Assembly (NCBI RefSeq): GCF_009914755.1
Contig: NC_060926.1
Strand: one strand, 5' to 3'
Length of the DNA stretch: 64,000 nucleotides
DNA from: the human T2T-CHM13v2.0 reference genome, Homo sapiens
In this document: positions 12,872 to 25,612 of the stretch, in pieces
Layout of the letters: every line of letters begins with the position of its first letter
How positions within the stretch are numbered: position 1 is the first letter of the stretch
Translations under genes and position numbers: made by a program
Notes under the pieces: model-generated
Database searches by the model: none
The model's input: only the letters and a program-made list of their open reading frames with translations
Told to the model about the DNA's origin: nothing

Positions 12872-14989
12872 TAATGTGATATCCTGAAAAACGAATGAAT
12901 GATTTTAAAGGTATTCCTTTTGTGTTGTATGTCCTCACATTACACCACCTATTCTCTGGAACTGATTTTTATTTTTCCAGGAAGGCAGTATATCTACATG
13001 TGTCTGGTACAGGGATGTGAGTTAGTCCTTTACTGTTAGCTTGATTCAACGATCAAAGCATTTTTTCCTTATCTTTTTCCAGTCTGCACAGTGTTCTTTT
13101 CTGCAGAGAATGAGTAAATTCTTAAATGACCTTTGTAAATGCCCACAAATAATAACTGTAGCTTTGGTTGCAGAGTGCTGATGAACTAGCAAGTTCCATA
13201 GATCCATTTCATTGTGCTGTATCGCATGATGCTTTATCTGTAGGATGATGTGTTCAGCAAAGAGCAGATTTGTTTATAAGCCTCTGATTTTTATGTAGCG
13301 CGCTCTCTCTCTCTCTCTTTTTAATCCCTCTTGGGTAAGTGGTTATGAATAGCGAAAATATGTGAATGTCCTTGGCACTTTGAATCAATAAATGCCTTCT
13401 GTTTTGTGTGTATGTACAGAATACTGGGAAAAATTTTGTCATTAAGTTTTACTTTAACTTCTTTTCCCCTAAGATTGAATAGCCATAGTCTTTCAGATTT
13501 TAGCTGCCCAGATAACTGGAACATAGATAATTTTTTCCAAGTAGGAAGTGCGTGCCTTTATTGTCTAATAGATCCATGGTCTTTGATGACAAAGGACTTT
13601 ATGAGATTTGCTAGTTTTTCCCTCAACAAAGAGTGAAATCAAAAATCTCACTACCTTTTGCTTTTAACCCCCTCCCACCCCCGCCCCCTGCCCCATTCCC
13701 TGTGTGGTGAATAGCCTGAGAATAGGGACAGTGCCCAAGAGTTCACCCACTTTCAGAGCCAGAGGGCTCCTGTGACCCACGTCGCTCTCCTTGACATCAT
13801 TTCCAAAAAACAAATCTCGGGGAGCCTTTCCTGGCAGCAGCCCACAGTGGGAGTGGAAGGGCCTTGGAAGTGTTAATTCTGTAAGTACTTCTACTGGTTT
13901 TATGTGTCACTTCTAGATCTTTGTTGGTAGAACCATGAAGGATTTAAGGTGCCAATTTGTTGTGACAATAACTGGTGTAAAAGTGGGCTTCTCACGGTCA
14001 CTCAGGAGAAGGGACATGGTCCCTTCAGTTGGTTACTTCTGATTCCAGGCTGGCTCTGCATTCTTTTGTGTATCTTCAGCCTGGGCAAACAAAAAGCTCT
14101 TCCTAGGTTAGCAAAGCAAATGGGGCGGGAATCAGGACTCTGGCATGGCCCTTACAGGCAGGCAGTAATGAGCCAGGGCCGATTCGGGATGGAAGCCAGC
14201 AAAAGTGGGTCTGGGCCTGGCGTTTGGCTGACCCCGGTAAGAGAGCTCCTTTCTCAGGTCTGTCAGCGGCCAGCAGCCTTTGTGCGGCTCTCTAGAGTTC
14301 AGATCCAAGCAGACATGTTGGGTCTCAAAATCAAGTCCTGTGAAGTGTTCTTGGTGTGAATGAAAGGTTCTTTAGAGAACTAGAGGCTATAGAAAAAGAG
14401 GTGAAGGTGACTCAAACTTGAAGGAAACATTGAAAGGGCATGATTGTTGCCTTAGCCCTACAGTGAGCAAGTTATTTATGCCTTTTTGCATTCCCTTCGA
14501 TGCACCCACAAAAAGGGGGAGGTAATAAATAAGTAGTTTTTTTTTTTTTTTTTTAATAAAAAGAACTAAGAGAGTAAGAAGGATTGCCAAATGGAGTAAA
14601 AGTCAATCATGATTAACATGGTATAGCTGACACAGGTATTTGGAAGAGAAAAAGAGTCATGTCTTGGAGTGGTTAGGGTAGAATTTTAAACACGGGCCTT
14701 TTGTGGGGAAAGCCAGTTATGAGTGCCAAACAGTTTGAAAACTGGCTTATAGAGCTTTTGTACTTCTGGAATGAATGTTAGATATAGTTTGGAGCAGAGC
14801 TCAGGTACAAGCTCCATCTAATGGACACCTGTCATGACGGGTCAGAGTTGTGAAGTTAAATATTTGGTTGTCTGTCACCATGGAAACGTGTGTAGTATGC
14901 ATAATATGACATAAACACAACCCTTTCCAGGCGGAAAAAAGGCTGATGTCTAGGATCACAATCTCTGAATCCTTCTGATCTTTCTGTAG

Positions 14990-15136
14990 CTGTCTCTCTG
15001 GATCAATGAGAAGATGCTCACAGCCCAGGACATGTCTTACGATGAAGCCAGAAATCTGCACAGTAAATGGTTGAAGCATCAAGCATTTATGGCAGAACTT
15101 GCATCCAACAAAGAATGGCTTGACAAAATCGAGAAG
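14990..15136 (+). CDS. SPTBN1: beta-II spectrin exon 7 (not in the ORF track)
   Basis: ctgtag|CTGTCT...GAGAAG|gtgagt; [49 protein letters not shown]. Confidence 0.96.
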
Positions 15137-15671
15137 GTGAGTTAAAACATTTGATGTGGCCATGGTGAGAAAACAAACAGGGTAGTAATAAACTCCTTTT
15201 TATTTAGCACATTTTCCAGCATATCTGATCTTATCTGTACATTTACGTAAGTTACACAGCCAGTAATAGCTCCCTTTGCACGTACGGGTTCCTGACTTCA
15301 ACCCATCAAAAGGGAAAAAAGCAGAAACCCAACCAGTTAGTAGAAAATGCTTGATTTATCGTAGAACGAATACTAGGCATTTAGTTTCTGTTGTGCCTCT
15401 CATCTGCTGTTGCTGATGGACTGTGAGCTCTCATGCAGGGATTCCACTGTCTTGATCATATTATTTGTGTTGTACTGTGACAGATTGCACATAATTTTAA
15501 ATATATACATATTTTTTAAAATTGCTTTTTCCTATGAGACTACTGTATACCAGGCGCTATAATAATTACTATGATGTGTTATTCTTGCACAGAGAGATTC
15601 TGGGCAGCATAACTGAAGATGAATATGGAGTCCCCCCCTTCCCCCCGACTTCTCTCCTTTTAGACTTTTTA

Positions 15672-16058
<387 letters not shown>

Positions 16059-16326
16059 TCACGTTATTAGCATTCAGTATTCCGTTGCCCCAGTTGAGAC
16101 TATTTCAGCATGTAACATTTATTGCTTAATTCCCATGAAACCCTTGTAATGTACACAACCTAGGGGTCGTTGTTGATTTTATTGAGCAGTAACTTCATGT
16201 GGAAAGACTGTGTGTATTGAGTGAATGGTTAAATCACAGATCAAATGTCCTAGGTTTGTTTTTCACAGTGACATTTTTTCTGTAGCAAACTTGTTTATTT
16301 ACAACCATGTTGGTTTTGTTTTCCAG

Positions 16327-16590
16327 GAAGGAATGCAGCTCATTTCAGAAAAGCCTGAGACGGAAGCTGTGGTGAAGGAGAAACTCACTGGTTTACATAA
16401 AATGTGGGAAGTCCTTGAATCCACTACCCAGACAAAGGCCCAGCGGCTCTTTGATGCAAACAAGGCCGAACTTTTCACCCAGAGCTGTGCAGATCTAGAC
16501 AAATGGCTGCACGGCCTGGAGAGTCAGATTCAGTCTGATGACTATGGCAAAGACCTGACCAGTGTCAATATCCTGCTGAAAAAGCAACAG
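16327..16590 (+). CDS. SPTBN1: beta-II spectrin exon 8 (ends at a GC donor)
   Basis: ttccag|GAAGGA...CAACAG|gcaagt; EGMQLISEKPE...ILLKKQQ, in frame with MLENQ of the next exon. Confidence 0.94.
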
Positions 16591-17232
16591 GCAAGTGGAC
16601 AAGCCATCATGGACTTGGGTGTATTTCTGTTTTACAGCCATAGTCCTTAGAGTCTTTTCTCACCCACTGCATTATCAGGAGTCCACCTTCCATGGGAAGG
16701 CATTTTTAACCCAAAATATTACTTGCTCTAACAGCATCGTAGAACATTTCCAGAATAGAAAGACACTTGTCCAAACTAGAAAGACACAGTATTAGGAGTA
16801 TTGGGTGTTGGCTGTCTGTGTATGGGATTGATAATTTTCTTAGTTAATGGGTATTATCACCGTTTAACAGTTAAATAAATGTTCATCTCATTCAATTCTG
16901 CATTTTACACGAAAGAAATATTCTCATACTTTGTTGTTTAACATCGTGATTTGTGACAGTTATCTGAGTTGTTCAAGGCACTTTATAGGTAATAAAAATA
17001 ACTGTTTATATTATATCACCGTAGAGGGCTTTAAGGGCAAATGAATTTACCTCAGATTTACTTGAAAACAGTTCCATTGATGTTGAAAAGCAAGTCAGTG
17101 GCAAAATGTTTGAGTGGCTCCCATGGCTGGCTTTGCGGTGTGGCCAAGTCCCAGGCCCAGCAGTTCTGCTTAGAGCCAGTCACTGCAAAAGATAGTCTGT
17201 GCTGAGCGCTGAGGCTGCTTCTCTGCCCTCAG

Positions 17233-17457
17233 ATGCTGGAGAATCAGATGGAAGTGCGGAAGAAGGAGATCGAAGAGCTCCAAAGCCAAGCCCAGGCCCT
17301 GAGTCAGGAAGGGAAGAGCACCGACGAGGTAGACAGCAAGCGCCTCACCGTGCAGACCAAGTTCATGGAGTTGCTGGAGCCCTTGAACGAGAGGAAGCAT
17401 AACCTGCTGGCCTCCAAAGAGATCCATCAGTTCAACAGGGATGTGGAGGACGAGATC
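17233..17457 (+). CDS. SPTBN1: beta-II spectrin exon 9 (contains DEVD caspase site)
   Basis: cctcag|ATGCTG...GAGATC|gtgagt; MLENQMEVRKKEIEELQSQAQALSQEGKSTDEVDSK...DVEDEI. Confidence 0.96.
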
Positions 17458-17931
17458 GTGAGTCGACCCCTACTGCACACATGGCTTTTCCACGAGCCCC
17501 CTTGCCTGTGCTAAAGCCCACATTCTCACTTCTCAGTCATCCTCACCTTGGGCCACGTTGGCAAGCTGAGCTGCCAAAGTCCACGCTCTGGATGGTCTAA
17601 AGTTTCTTTCCCTTTTCACCCTAAATGTAACTCCATTGGTCCTCTCACGTTATCTAGGGATACTGTAGGATTTTAATGGCCCTAAAACAGACTTTTTAAA
17701 AGTAATGAGGACTCACAGTGAGTTTGACCTTGAGGATGAGGTAGAGTTGGAAAGACTCTCCCTAGCCCTGTCTCGGAGAACAAGGGCGTGCTTCCCCAGA
17801 CAGCCCTCCCGAGGGGGCTGAGCACTCTCTGAAGCTCACCCTTGCTGTCCCTCACTGCCCCTCACTGCTCGTTTGTGTCGTATATTTGTTCCTCTGAGTG
17901 GATCTGACCACTTATTTAAAATTCTTCCCAG

Positions 17932-18021
17932 TTGTGGGTTGGAGAGAGGATGCCTTTGGCAACTTCCACGGATCATGGCCACAACCTCCAGACTGTGCAG
18001 CTGTTAATAAAGAAAAATCAG
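17932..18021 (+). CDS. SPTBN1: beta-II spectrin exon 10
   Basis: tcccag|TTGTGG...AATCAG|gtaagc; [30 protein letters not shown]. Confidence 0.96.
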
Positions 18022-18197
18022 GTAAGCCTTTCTGCTCGAGCTAGTTCTGTCTGATAAATAATTGCTCTAAATTATGAGACTGGGAATGGCAGAGAGCTTT
18101 GAAGCCTTGCTATTTCTTTCTGGCCCTAACAGCTTGACATAAGCAGCAGACGGCTGCCATTTAGCAAGCCTTTGTGTGTATTTTCCGCTCCCTCCAG

Positions 18198-18479
18198 ACC
18201 CTCCAGAAAGAAATCCAGGGGCACCAGCCTCGCATTGACGACATCTTTGAGAGGAGCCAAAACATCGTCACTGACAGCAGCAGCCTCAGCGCTGAGGCCA
18301 TCAGACAGAGGCTTGCCGACCTGAAGCAGCTGTGGGGTCTCCTCATTGAGGAGACAGAGAAACGCCACAGGCGGCTGGAGGAGGCGCACAGGGCCCAGCA
18401 GTACTACTTTGACGCTGCTGAGGCCGAAGCCTGGATGAGCGAGCAGGAGCTGTACATGATGTCAGAGGAGAAGGCCAAG
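18198..18479 (+). CDS. SPTBN1: beta-II spectrin exon 11
   Basis: ctccag|ACCCTC...GCCAAG|gtgaga; TLQKEIQGHQPRIDD...MSEEKAK. Confidence 0.95.
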
Positions 18480-19134
18480 GTGAGAGGAGGCGGGAAGCAT
18501 CCCTGTCCCAGGAGAGCCTCAGATTCAAACCCTGGGCACACTTTCTGCTGGCGGCTCTGTCTGTATAAAAACTTCCCTTGTAGCCTTTGAGTGTTAAGGG
18601 GACACCATGTGCATGAAGGTGTCTGAAATCCAGCTGCTGGTTTCCCTTTGGTGCAGCATTTTCTTATCTGAATCCTAGTGTGCCATTAAGAACAGGTTCA
18701 TCCTTTCATCTTTGAAATATGCCAGAGTCCTTCCTGCTGTCTATTTATAGGTTCCCTAAACTTTACAAAATACAGGATGGCTTGGAGACAATTTGAAAGT
18801 ATTGCAAGGTTCCAGGAATGCTGCCATTTACATACTTGAGGGACCTTGAGGAATTCCAGCGAACCAGGCACACTTGGTCTGCCCAAGCTTTTCTCTGAGA
18901 GGGGCCCTGCTCATTCTGCGTTCTCCTTGTGTTTATCTTCTGCACAGGCTTCTGTGGTCCAGTCCATATGGAAGCTCTTGGAACACTTCTGTGTTCCACT
19001 GTCCGTACTGCACCTCTGGAGTTTTTCTTTCTACTGATCCTTCCTCCTACCCTGCTGAGCAGCTGGTCTGTCACTCCTTAAGGGGTAGGGCCAGAGGGGA
19101 CCGCTATGGTTGTGATGTTCTCCTGTCTTTGCAG

Positions 19135-19265
19135 GATGAGCAGAGTGCTGTCTCCATGTTGAAGAAGCACCAGATCTTAGAACAAGCTGTGGAGGACTAT
19201 GCAGAGACCGTGCATCAGCTCTCCAAGACCAGCCGGGCCCTGGTGGCCGACAGCCATCCTGAAAG
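19135..19265 (+). CDS. SPTBN1: beta-II spectrin exon 12
   Basis: ttgcag|GATGAG...GAAAG|gtgagc; DEQSAVSMLKKHQILEQAVEDY...DSHPE. Confidence 0.96.
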
Positions 19266-19551
19266 GTGAGCGCTGCTTCATGAGTGTGAGACCCGGCTCT
19301 CGATTCCTCTCAGTTAGGGTCTCTTGCTAACCCCCACCAAAAGAAAATGTCAGCATTCATCATGACTTGCTGGTAAGGCAAATCTTTGAGAAGCATTTTT
19401 AAAACAGACCCATCATTTAAAACATCCTATCATGATTAGGATGGGTGAACTGTTATATTAGGAAATTGCTCTTGTGGGTTAAATATCTCCCGTTGGCCAA
19501 GGCTCTCCTGAAAGAATATTGGTGTCGTGAGTCAAAAGTACAGGTTGACTA

Positions 19552-19860
19552 GGCTGGGCAGTCAACGTAAAGTGGCTTACACTTGTAATCCCAGCACTTT
19601 ACCAAGCCAAGGTGGGAGGATTGCTTGAGCCCAGGGGGCCAAAGACCAATCTCGGCAATGTGGCGAAACCTCATCTCTACAAAAAATACAAAAAATCAGC
19701 TGGGTGTGGTGGCACACGTCTGTACTACTCAGCTATTCAAGAGGCTGAGGTTGGGAGGATGGTTTGAGTCCAGGAGTTTGAGTCTACAGTGAACCATGTT
19801 CACACTGCTGCACTCCAGCCTGGGTGACAGAGTGAGACCTTGTCTCAAAAAAATAAAAAT
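19552..19860 (+). mobile_element. AluJ, sense
   Basis: GGAGGATTGCTTGAGCCCAGG diagnostic; TSD AAGTACAGGTTGACT (19536-19550 and 19867-19881). Confidence 0.92.
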
Positions 19861-20989
19861 GATCAGAAGTACAGGTTGACTTGCATGGTGGATACAGATA
19901 GTCATAGCACTTACACTTGGGTTGAAAAAGTCATCCAGTTTAGTAAAGTAATTACTAGTTTTAAGAGGAGCATTAGACAAGAATGCATAGACCTGTAAAA
20001 TGAAGGGGCTCCCAGGAAGAACAAAGTGATAACACCTCCTAACTCTTCGATATCAAGTGATTAGAACACCTTCGAGGAAAAAGAAGAGGTGAGTGTGTGG
20101 TACTCATCAGGCCCCTGTATTAACTTCCAAAGCAGTCATTTTAGGATTTTTGTGTAAATGCCTTTTATGACTTGGAAAGGAATTGGCCTTGTGCATTTAA
20201 CCAGGGCAGGTTAGGGGAGATGAGGTCAGTGGCTCTGTTGGTGTAGGAGGTTCTTAAGATGTTCATGATCAGGATTCCCAGGAAAGTGGCCTTCCTAGTC
20301 TCCAGGGATAGGCACCAACATGTCCTTTGTCTCTGATATTCTGGTTTGTAGACCATCACTCTGGGGAGAAGTTGGAGGGAGGGGGATTCAGTCTCCTGAC
20401 TGCGCACCTGGGAATCATGAGATGGAGCAGCCGGTCCAGCCCTCCTAACAAGGATGGGCACTCTGCCCAGAGAAGGTAGAGGGCCTTGCGTGCCACACTG
20501 GCTGTGTCATTTGTCCCTCTGGCAGCATGGTACCAGAGAATGCAAGACCACTCTGGATTTTGCATTAACTTATTTTCTCTTTTGTCACCTTCCTGACTGG
20601 GAAGATTTTGCATTAACTTTTAACATCAAAGGAAATCCTGATTTGCAGAGCCAGAGGTGCAGAGAGAATTTTCCCCTTTCCCCGCTAAATTCTCCTGCCC
20701 CCACTATTCACTGCAGCAGAATGAGGCACTACCCATCCCTAGTGTAATAGTAGGGATAGGTGAATGTAGTTTACATATTGGCTCTTTTGTTTACATATTG
20801 GCTCTTCACGACTTCAAATTGTGGCCAATTTCAGAATTTTATTTTTCATGCTAAGTGGGTTAACCAGAGTTTCCTTTGAGAAATATGATGTAATATGCTC
20901 TCCCATTATCTCCACCTCATTTGTTTTTCCCCTGAAGAAACTTGACATTTAAGATCCTTTTTCTCCCCATTGCTCCTTTTCTTTTTCAG

Positions 20990-21194
20990 TGAGCGCATTA
21001 GCATGCGGCAGTCCAAAGTGGATAAACTGTACGCTGGTCTGAAAGACCTTGCTGAAGAGAGAAGAGGCAAGCTGGATGAGAGACACAGGTTATTCCAGCT
21101 CAACCGGGAGGTGGACGACCTGGAGCAGTGGATCGCTGAGAGGGAGGTGGTCGCAGGGTCCCATGAACTGGGACAGGACTATGAGCATGTCACG
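20990..21194 (+). CDS. SPTBN1: beta-II spectrin exon 13 (ends at a GC donor)
   Basis: tttcag|TGAGCG...GTCACG|gcaagt; (S)[14 protein letters not shown]...GQDYEHVT, in frame with MLQERF. Confidence 0.94.
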
Positions 21195-21618
21195 GCAAGT
21201 ACTTGAGGCAGTGCATGAGTTGGTTGTGCAGTAAGCGATGGTGTGGAAGGCCATTTGCATTCCTTGTCTGTGAGCAGATAAAATGCCCTGGACTCCAATC
21301 AGAGGTCTTGGGGTTTAGTTTTAAGGTGGTGTTTCTTTTATAAGCTGGTGACTCGCATTTAGGTTGGCTAACCTCTCTGTGCACCCCTTCCTCCGGTAGT
21401 AAAAGGAGGTGGAGGTAGTGCCTCACTCTGCTGCAGTGAGCAAGAAAGGAAACCCAGTTGCTAAGAGGTTCTCGAGCTAAGATCTATTGTTCTGAAGTCA
21501 TGAGTATTATTGGCTACATCTTGCTTAGAGGCAGTTTCTTTCCAAAGGGTATTCATGTGATCAAGAAATACAGAGTTCACAGTGGGCTCTCTGATTTCCT
21601 TACCCATCCCCGTTTCAG

Positions 21619-21993
21619 ATGTTACAAGAACGATTCCGGGAGTTTGCCCGAGACACCGGGAACATTGGGCAGGAGCGCGTGGACACGGTCAATCACCTGG
21701 CAGATGAGCTCATCAACTCTGGACATTCAGATGCCGCCACCATCGCTGAATGGAAGGATGGCCTCAATGAAGCCTGGGCCGACCTCCTGGAGCTCATTGA
21801 CACAAGAACACAGATTCTTGCCGCTTCCTATGAACTGCACAAGTTTTACCACGATGCCAAGGAGATCTTTGGGCGTATACAGGACAAACACAAGAAACTC
21901 CCTGAGGAGCTTGGGAGAGATCAGAACACAGTGGAGACCTTACAGAGAATGCACACTACATTTGAGCATGACATCCAGGCTCTGGGCACACAG
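21619..21993 (+). CDS. SPTBN1: beta-II spectrin exon 14 (repeats 14/15, ankyrin-binding region)
   Basis: tttcag|ATGTTA...ACACAG|gtgggt; [14 protein letters not shown]...YELHKFYHD...IQALGTQ. Confidence 0.96.
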
Positions 21994-22685
21994 GTGGGTA
22001 TGGCAGCCACCCAGGGGTGCTGGGGAGGCTTTTTCTCCATAGAACATCTTTGGGCATCTGTAAGTATCTCCCTGTTCCTTGGCTCTTCAAAAGAATTGCC
22101 CCAATTAAGCACATACATGTACCCACTTTGTAATAGTGCTCCATTTGGGAGAACTTATCAGTCCATAAAGGTCTACGTTTGCCACATTTGTGAACATTAG
22201 ATGAGTGCCCCCATGATTAAAATAAATAAACCAGATGCATACACAGATGTTTGCAAGTTATAGGCCTCAGCAAGTGTTTTTATTATGTTAGCATATCCAT
22301 CCAGAACAATTTCCAAAATAATATTTTACTATTTTTCATCAACCAGGTTCTAAGTTGTATGTCTGGAAAAAGAAAAAAACAGGATTCTGACATTTTATCA
22401 TGCCTCGTCCCCAGTATGAAATGACTGGCACTAAGACTTTGTTTAAAAGATGTTTGACAAAGTAGTAACAATATAACAGAATCTAGTGTAATCACTCTCT
22501 AGTTTCCTTTCTGATCTCTGCACAGTTTCTTGTTTAGTCTTATGCCTTTTAGTTGAAAAACAAATTGTATTTTTTTTCTTCTAAGTTTCATGGCCCTAGA
22601 GAAGAAGCCAATTTTATTAAAGATGTTATCCCTGATTATGTCAAGGGTTCTTGTTGTTAAGAGTATATTGAGTATCTAAGTTATC

Positions 22686-22876
22686 TCAGCTTTTTCTGTT
22701 AAAGGCCAAATAGTGTTTTTCGCTTTATGAGATACATACTCTGTTGCAGCTCTGCCCTCTGTCATTGTAGAATAAAGCAGCCATAGACAGTGAGAAGATG
22801 AATGAGCGTAGCTGTGTTCCAATAAATCTTTATTTACAGAAACAGGCCACCCAGATATGGCCTTGGGCTGACCCAG
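22686..22876 (+). mobile_element. MER58A-like hAT-Charlie element
   Basis: AAAGGCCAAATAGT...AAAGCAGCCATAGACA...GCTGTGTTCCAATAAA...TTTATTTACA. Confidence 0.7.
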
Positions 22877-24379
22877 TCTAGTGCCTCAGCCTCTAAATAG
22901 CTTTGGTATACTTTGGGATTTGTTCTATGAAGGGACCACCTTGATAGTTGTTCTCTCTCACTTCCCCTTAATTCTTAATTCCTGTCACTATGATGGCAAG
23001 TTTAATTTACCTCTCTAAGCTTTGGTTCCCTAATAGTTTAAGGATTGAGGTGCAAAACATATGACATAGTGAGATCTCTAGAAATGTTTTCTAATTATTA
23101 TTATATAACAAAAGTTTAGGGAAACATGGGATATCTAGAGATAGAATTAGAAAACACCTTGACAACATAGGTCTTTCCTCTGCACCTCTAAAATCATTTA
23201 CTTTTAGAACTGCAAGACACTTGAGAGACAGTGGAGTTGCTCTCTCATTTTTTCATTAAATCCCTTCACCTCATTAGACTTAGAGATGAGGAAGCCAAAG
23301 AAGGGTCTCGGAACATCCAGGGTGGGAATCTCGTCCCTCGAGTCTGATAGTCTGCACCTCACCATACCCACTGGGCTATGATGTTATAGCAGTGAAAAGG
23401 ATGTGTGTCCTACTGCAGGTATTGACCTGATCTGGGTTTCTTTTCACAGAATAACAGAGCAAAAGGGAAGGCTCATGGTGCAGGCTCCCAGGAGTACATG
23501 GTGCTTCTTCTTTGGTTGTTTCCTTTTGTGCCAACTTGAAGTGCCACTGTCTCCATTCTGCACGGGAGCTGTGGGAATGACACATAGCACTGATGGAGGT
23601 CTTGAGTGGTTATGCAAAGCAATAGTTCATATTTGTGGAAATTTTCACTTTTGCTGTCCTCTTGTACCTTACATTTTATTGCGAGCAAATTGAAAACAGC
23701 CAGAGACACAGAAACAGGTGTTTTGAAAAATATGGTTCATTGTGTAGGAAAATTAGCTTTTCAGATAATTTCCTAGGAATTTGCTCATTGTAATTTGAGT
23801 TAAACCTGAGCCATAATCAAAGAATATTTCCAAAAATCCTTTAGGATATGGAAATCAAATCACACTGGAAACCAAAGCCTGTTGGTTCTTCTTTGTATCT
23901 TTTGCAGAAACTGCTTTTTTTCTTTTTTAACCTGTTATCACCTAAAGTGCTTCTGTGCAATCAGGGGTCAGTAATCCACCTCCCCACAAGCCCTACTGCT
24001 GTCCGTACCCCCCCGCCTTTTACCCCACTTAGCATTTCTCCATATTCTACTCTCATAGACATCTAAAAGCTCTCATAATCCAGGACAGTTGTCTGCGGAC
24101 TTCTTTGATCACGCAGCTTTATCAGTACGTGATGATTGTGTGTCCATTCCCCTATATGTGTATGCCTTTAATTAGACATTGTACACAAGTATGGCACTAC
24201 TGATGTTACATACTTTATATAAGGCATGTAAGAGGAGAAAATTTAACTATAAAATTAGCTGCAGTTATTAGCTTCAGTTTTAAAGACATATACCGTTCCC
24301 CAAAAAAAAGGTAAGAATGTAATCTTATTTTTGTTTTTACAGAAGAAAAATATTATGCACGTTGTCTTCCACTTCATTG

Positions 24380-24880
24380 TCATCTTGGTGTGCTTTTCAT
24401 GTGACTACACAGAGGCCCTTCCTCATTCTTTTTCATGGCTGCACAGGAGTCTCCTGCTGGATGCACCATCATTAATTTAACCAGTCCTTCACTGATAGTC
24501 ACTTTATTTTCAGTCTTTTGCTTTTACAGACACTGCTGCAGTAAATAATCTATGCATATTTCGTATCCTAAATATGCAAGAATGTATATGTAGGATCAAT
24601 TCCCCAAAGTAGGATCATAAAATCAGAAGGTACCACATTTATAATTTTCATGGGTACTGCCCATTTACCTTCTGTAGGAGCTGTAGTCTGTTACACTCCT
24701 GTCTACAGAGAATGAGCTCACTGACAAATATATCATCACACTTGGATTTTTGCCAACTAATAGATGACACATTACAGTATCTCCATGAAGCATCTTTTCA
24801 TGTTTAAGACCCATTTGCATTTCCTGCTTTCTGAATGTTTTCTTCATGCCAGTTTCTGTGTTGGTTTGTTGGTTTTTTTC
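24380..24880 (-). mobile_element. old L1M(E) fragment; limits approximate
   Basis: CATTCTTTTTTCATGGCTGCA...TTTAACCAGTCC...GCATCTTTTCATGTTTA...CCATTTGCATTTCC. Confidence 0.6.
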
Positions 24881-25612
24881 TTTTCTTTCTTTCTTTCTTT
24901 CTTTCTTTTATTTATGACTGTCATAGCTGAAAAAGATAACTCAACCAAAATATGTAGATGTAAGTAGAAGTGTACCATTGGCTCCATTTACCAAATCACA
25001 ATTCTCAATGTATATTTTTAGTTTTGCAAGGTTTTTGTTGAAATTTGGCTATTTCAAGTTTCACCTTCTTTAACGTTAATTAGTTATTTTAACCACATAG
25101 GGTGCCACGTTTTTATACTTTTTGAGTGTAAATGTCCCACGGTGAGAACTCTTACAGGCGATACATACATTGTATTCACATAGCAATGAGAAGTCATTTT
25201 CAAAATGTGCTCTTCATGGCAGTTTCCCATTCATCATAAAAACATTTATCTTTACCCCGAGATAGCAGATTAGGTATTTATTTTTTGGACTGTATCTGAA
25301 TATGTCCCACTCAGATATCCCAGGCTGCCTCCAGGGGACTTTCCCTGACTAAACTCTCCTGCCTGTCTTCCTGTAGCATTTCATTTGTTTTATCATTCAT
25401 AAAGAACTTAATAATGTAGTTGAACAGATTTATAGAAAACGGGTTTTTGTGACTTGGATCTCCCCAGTGAAATTGAGGGCTCCTTAAGGGGCATGGGCCA
25501 TATTTTGACTCTGTGCTCCCTTTAGTGTATGAGCAGAACAGAATAGGGCTTGGGGTGATGGTGGGAAGGCCGCCATGGGCTGACCTGGCTCATCCCCTAC
25601 ATGGCTTCACAG

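Noticed and set aside
13179-13288. Possible C/D snoRNA (TGATGA...CTGA)
   Set aside because: There is no terminal stem and no recognisable rRNA guide, and both motifs are short and common.
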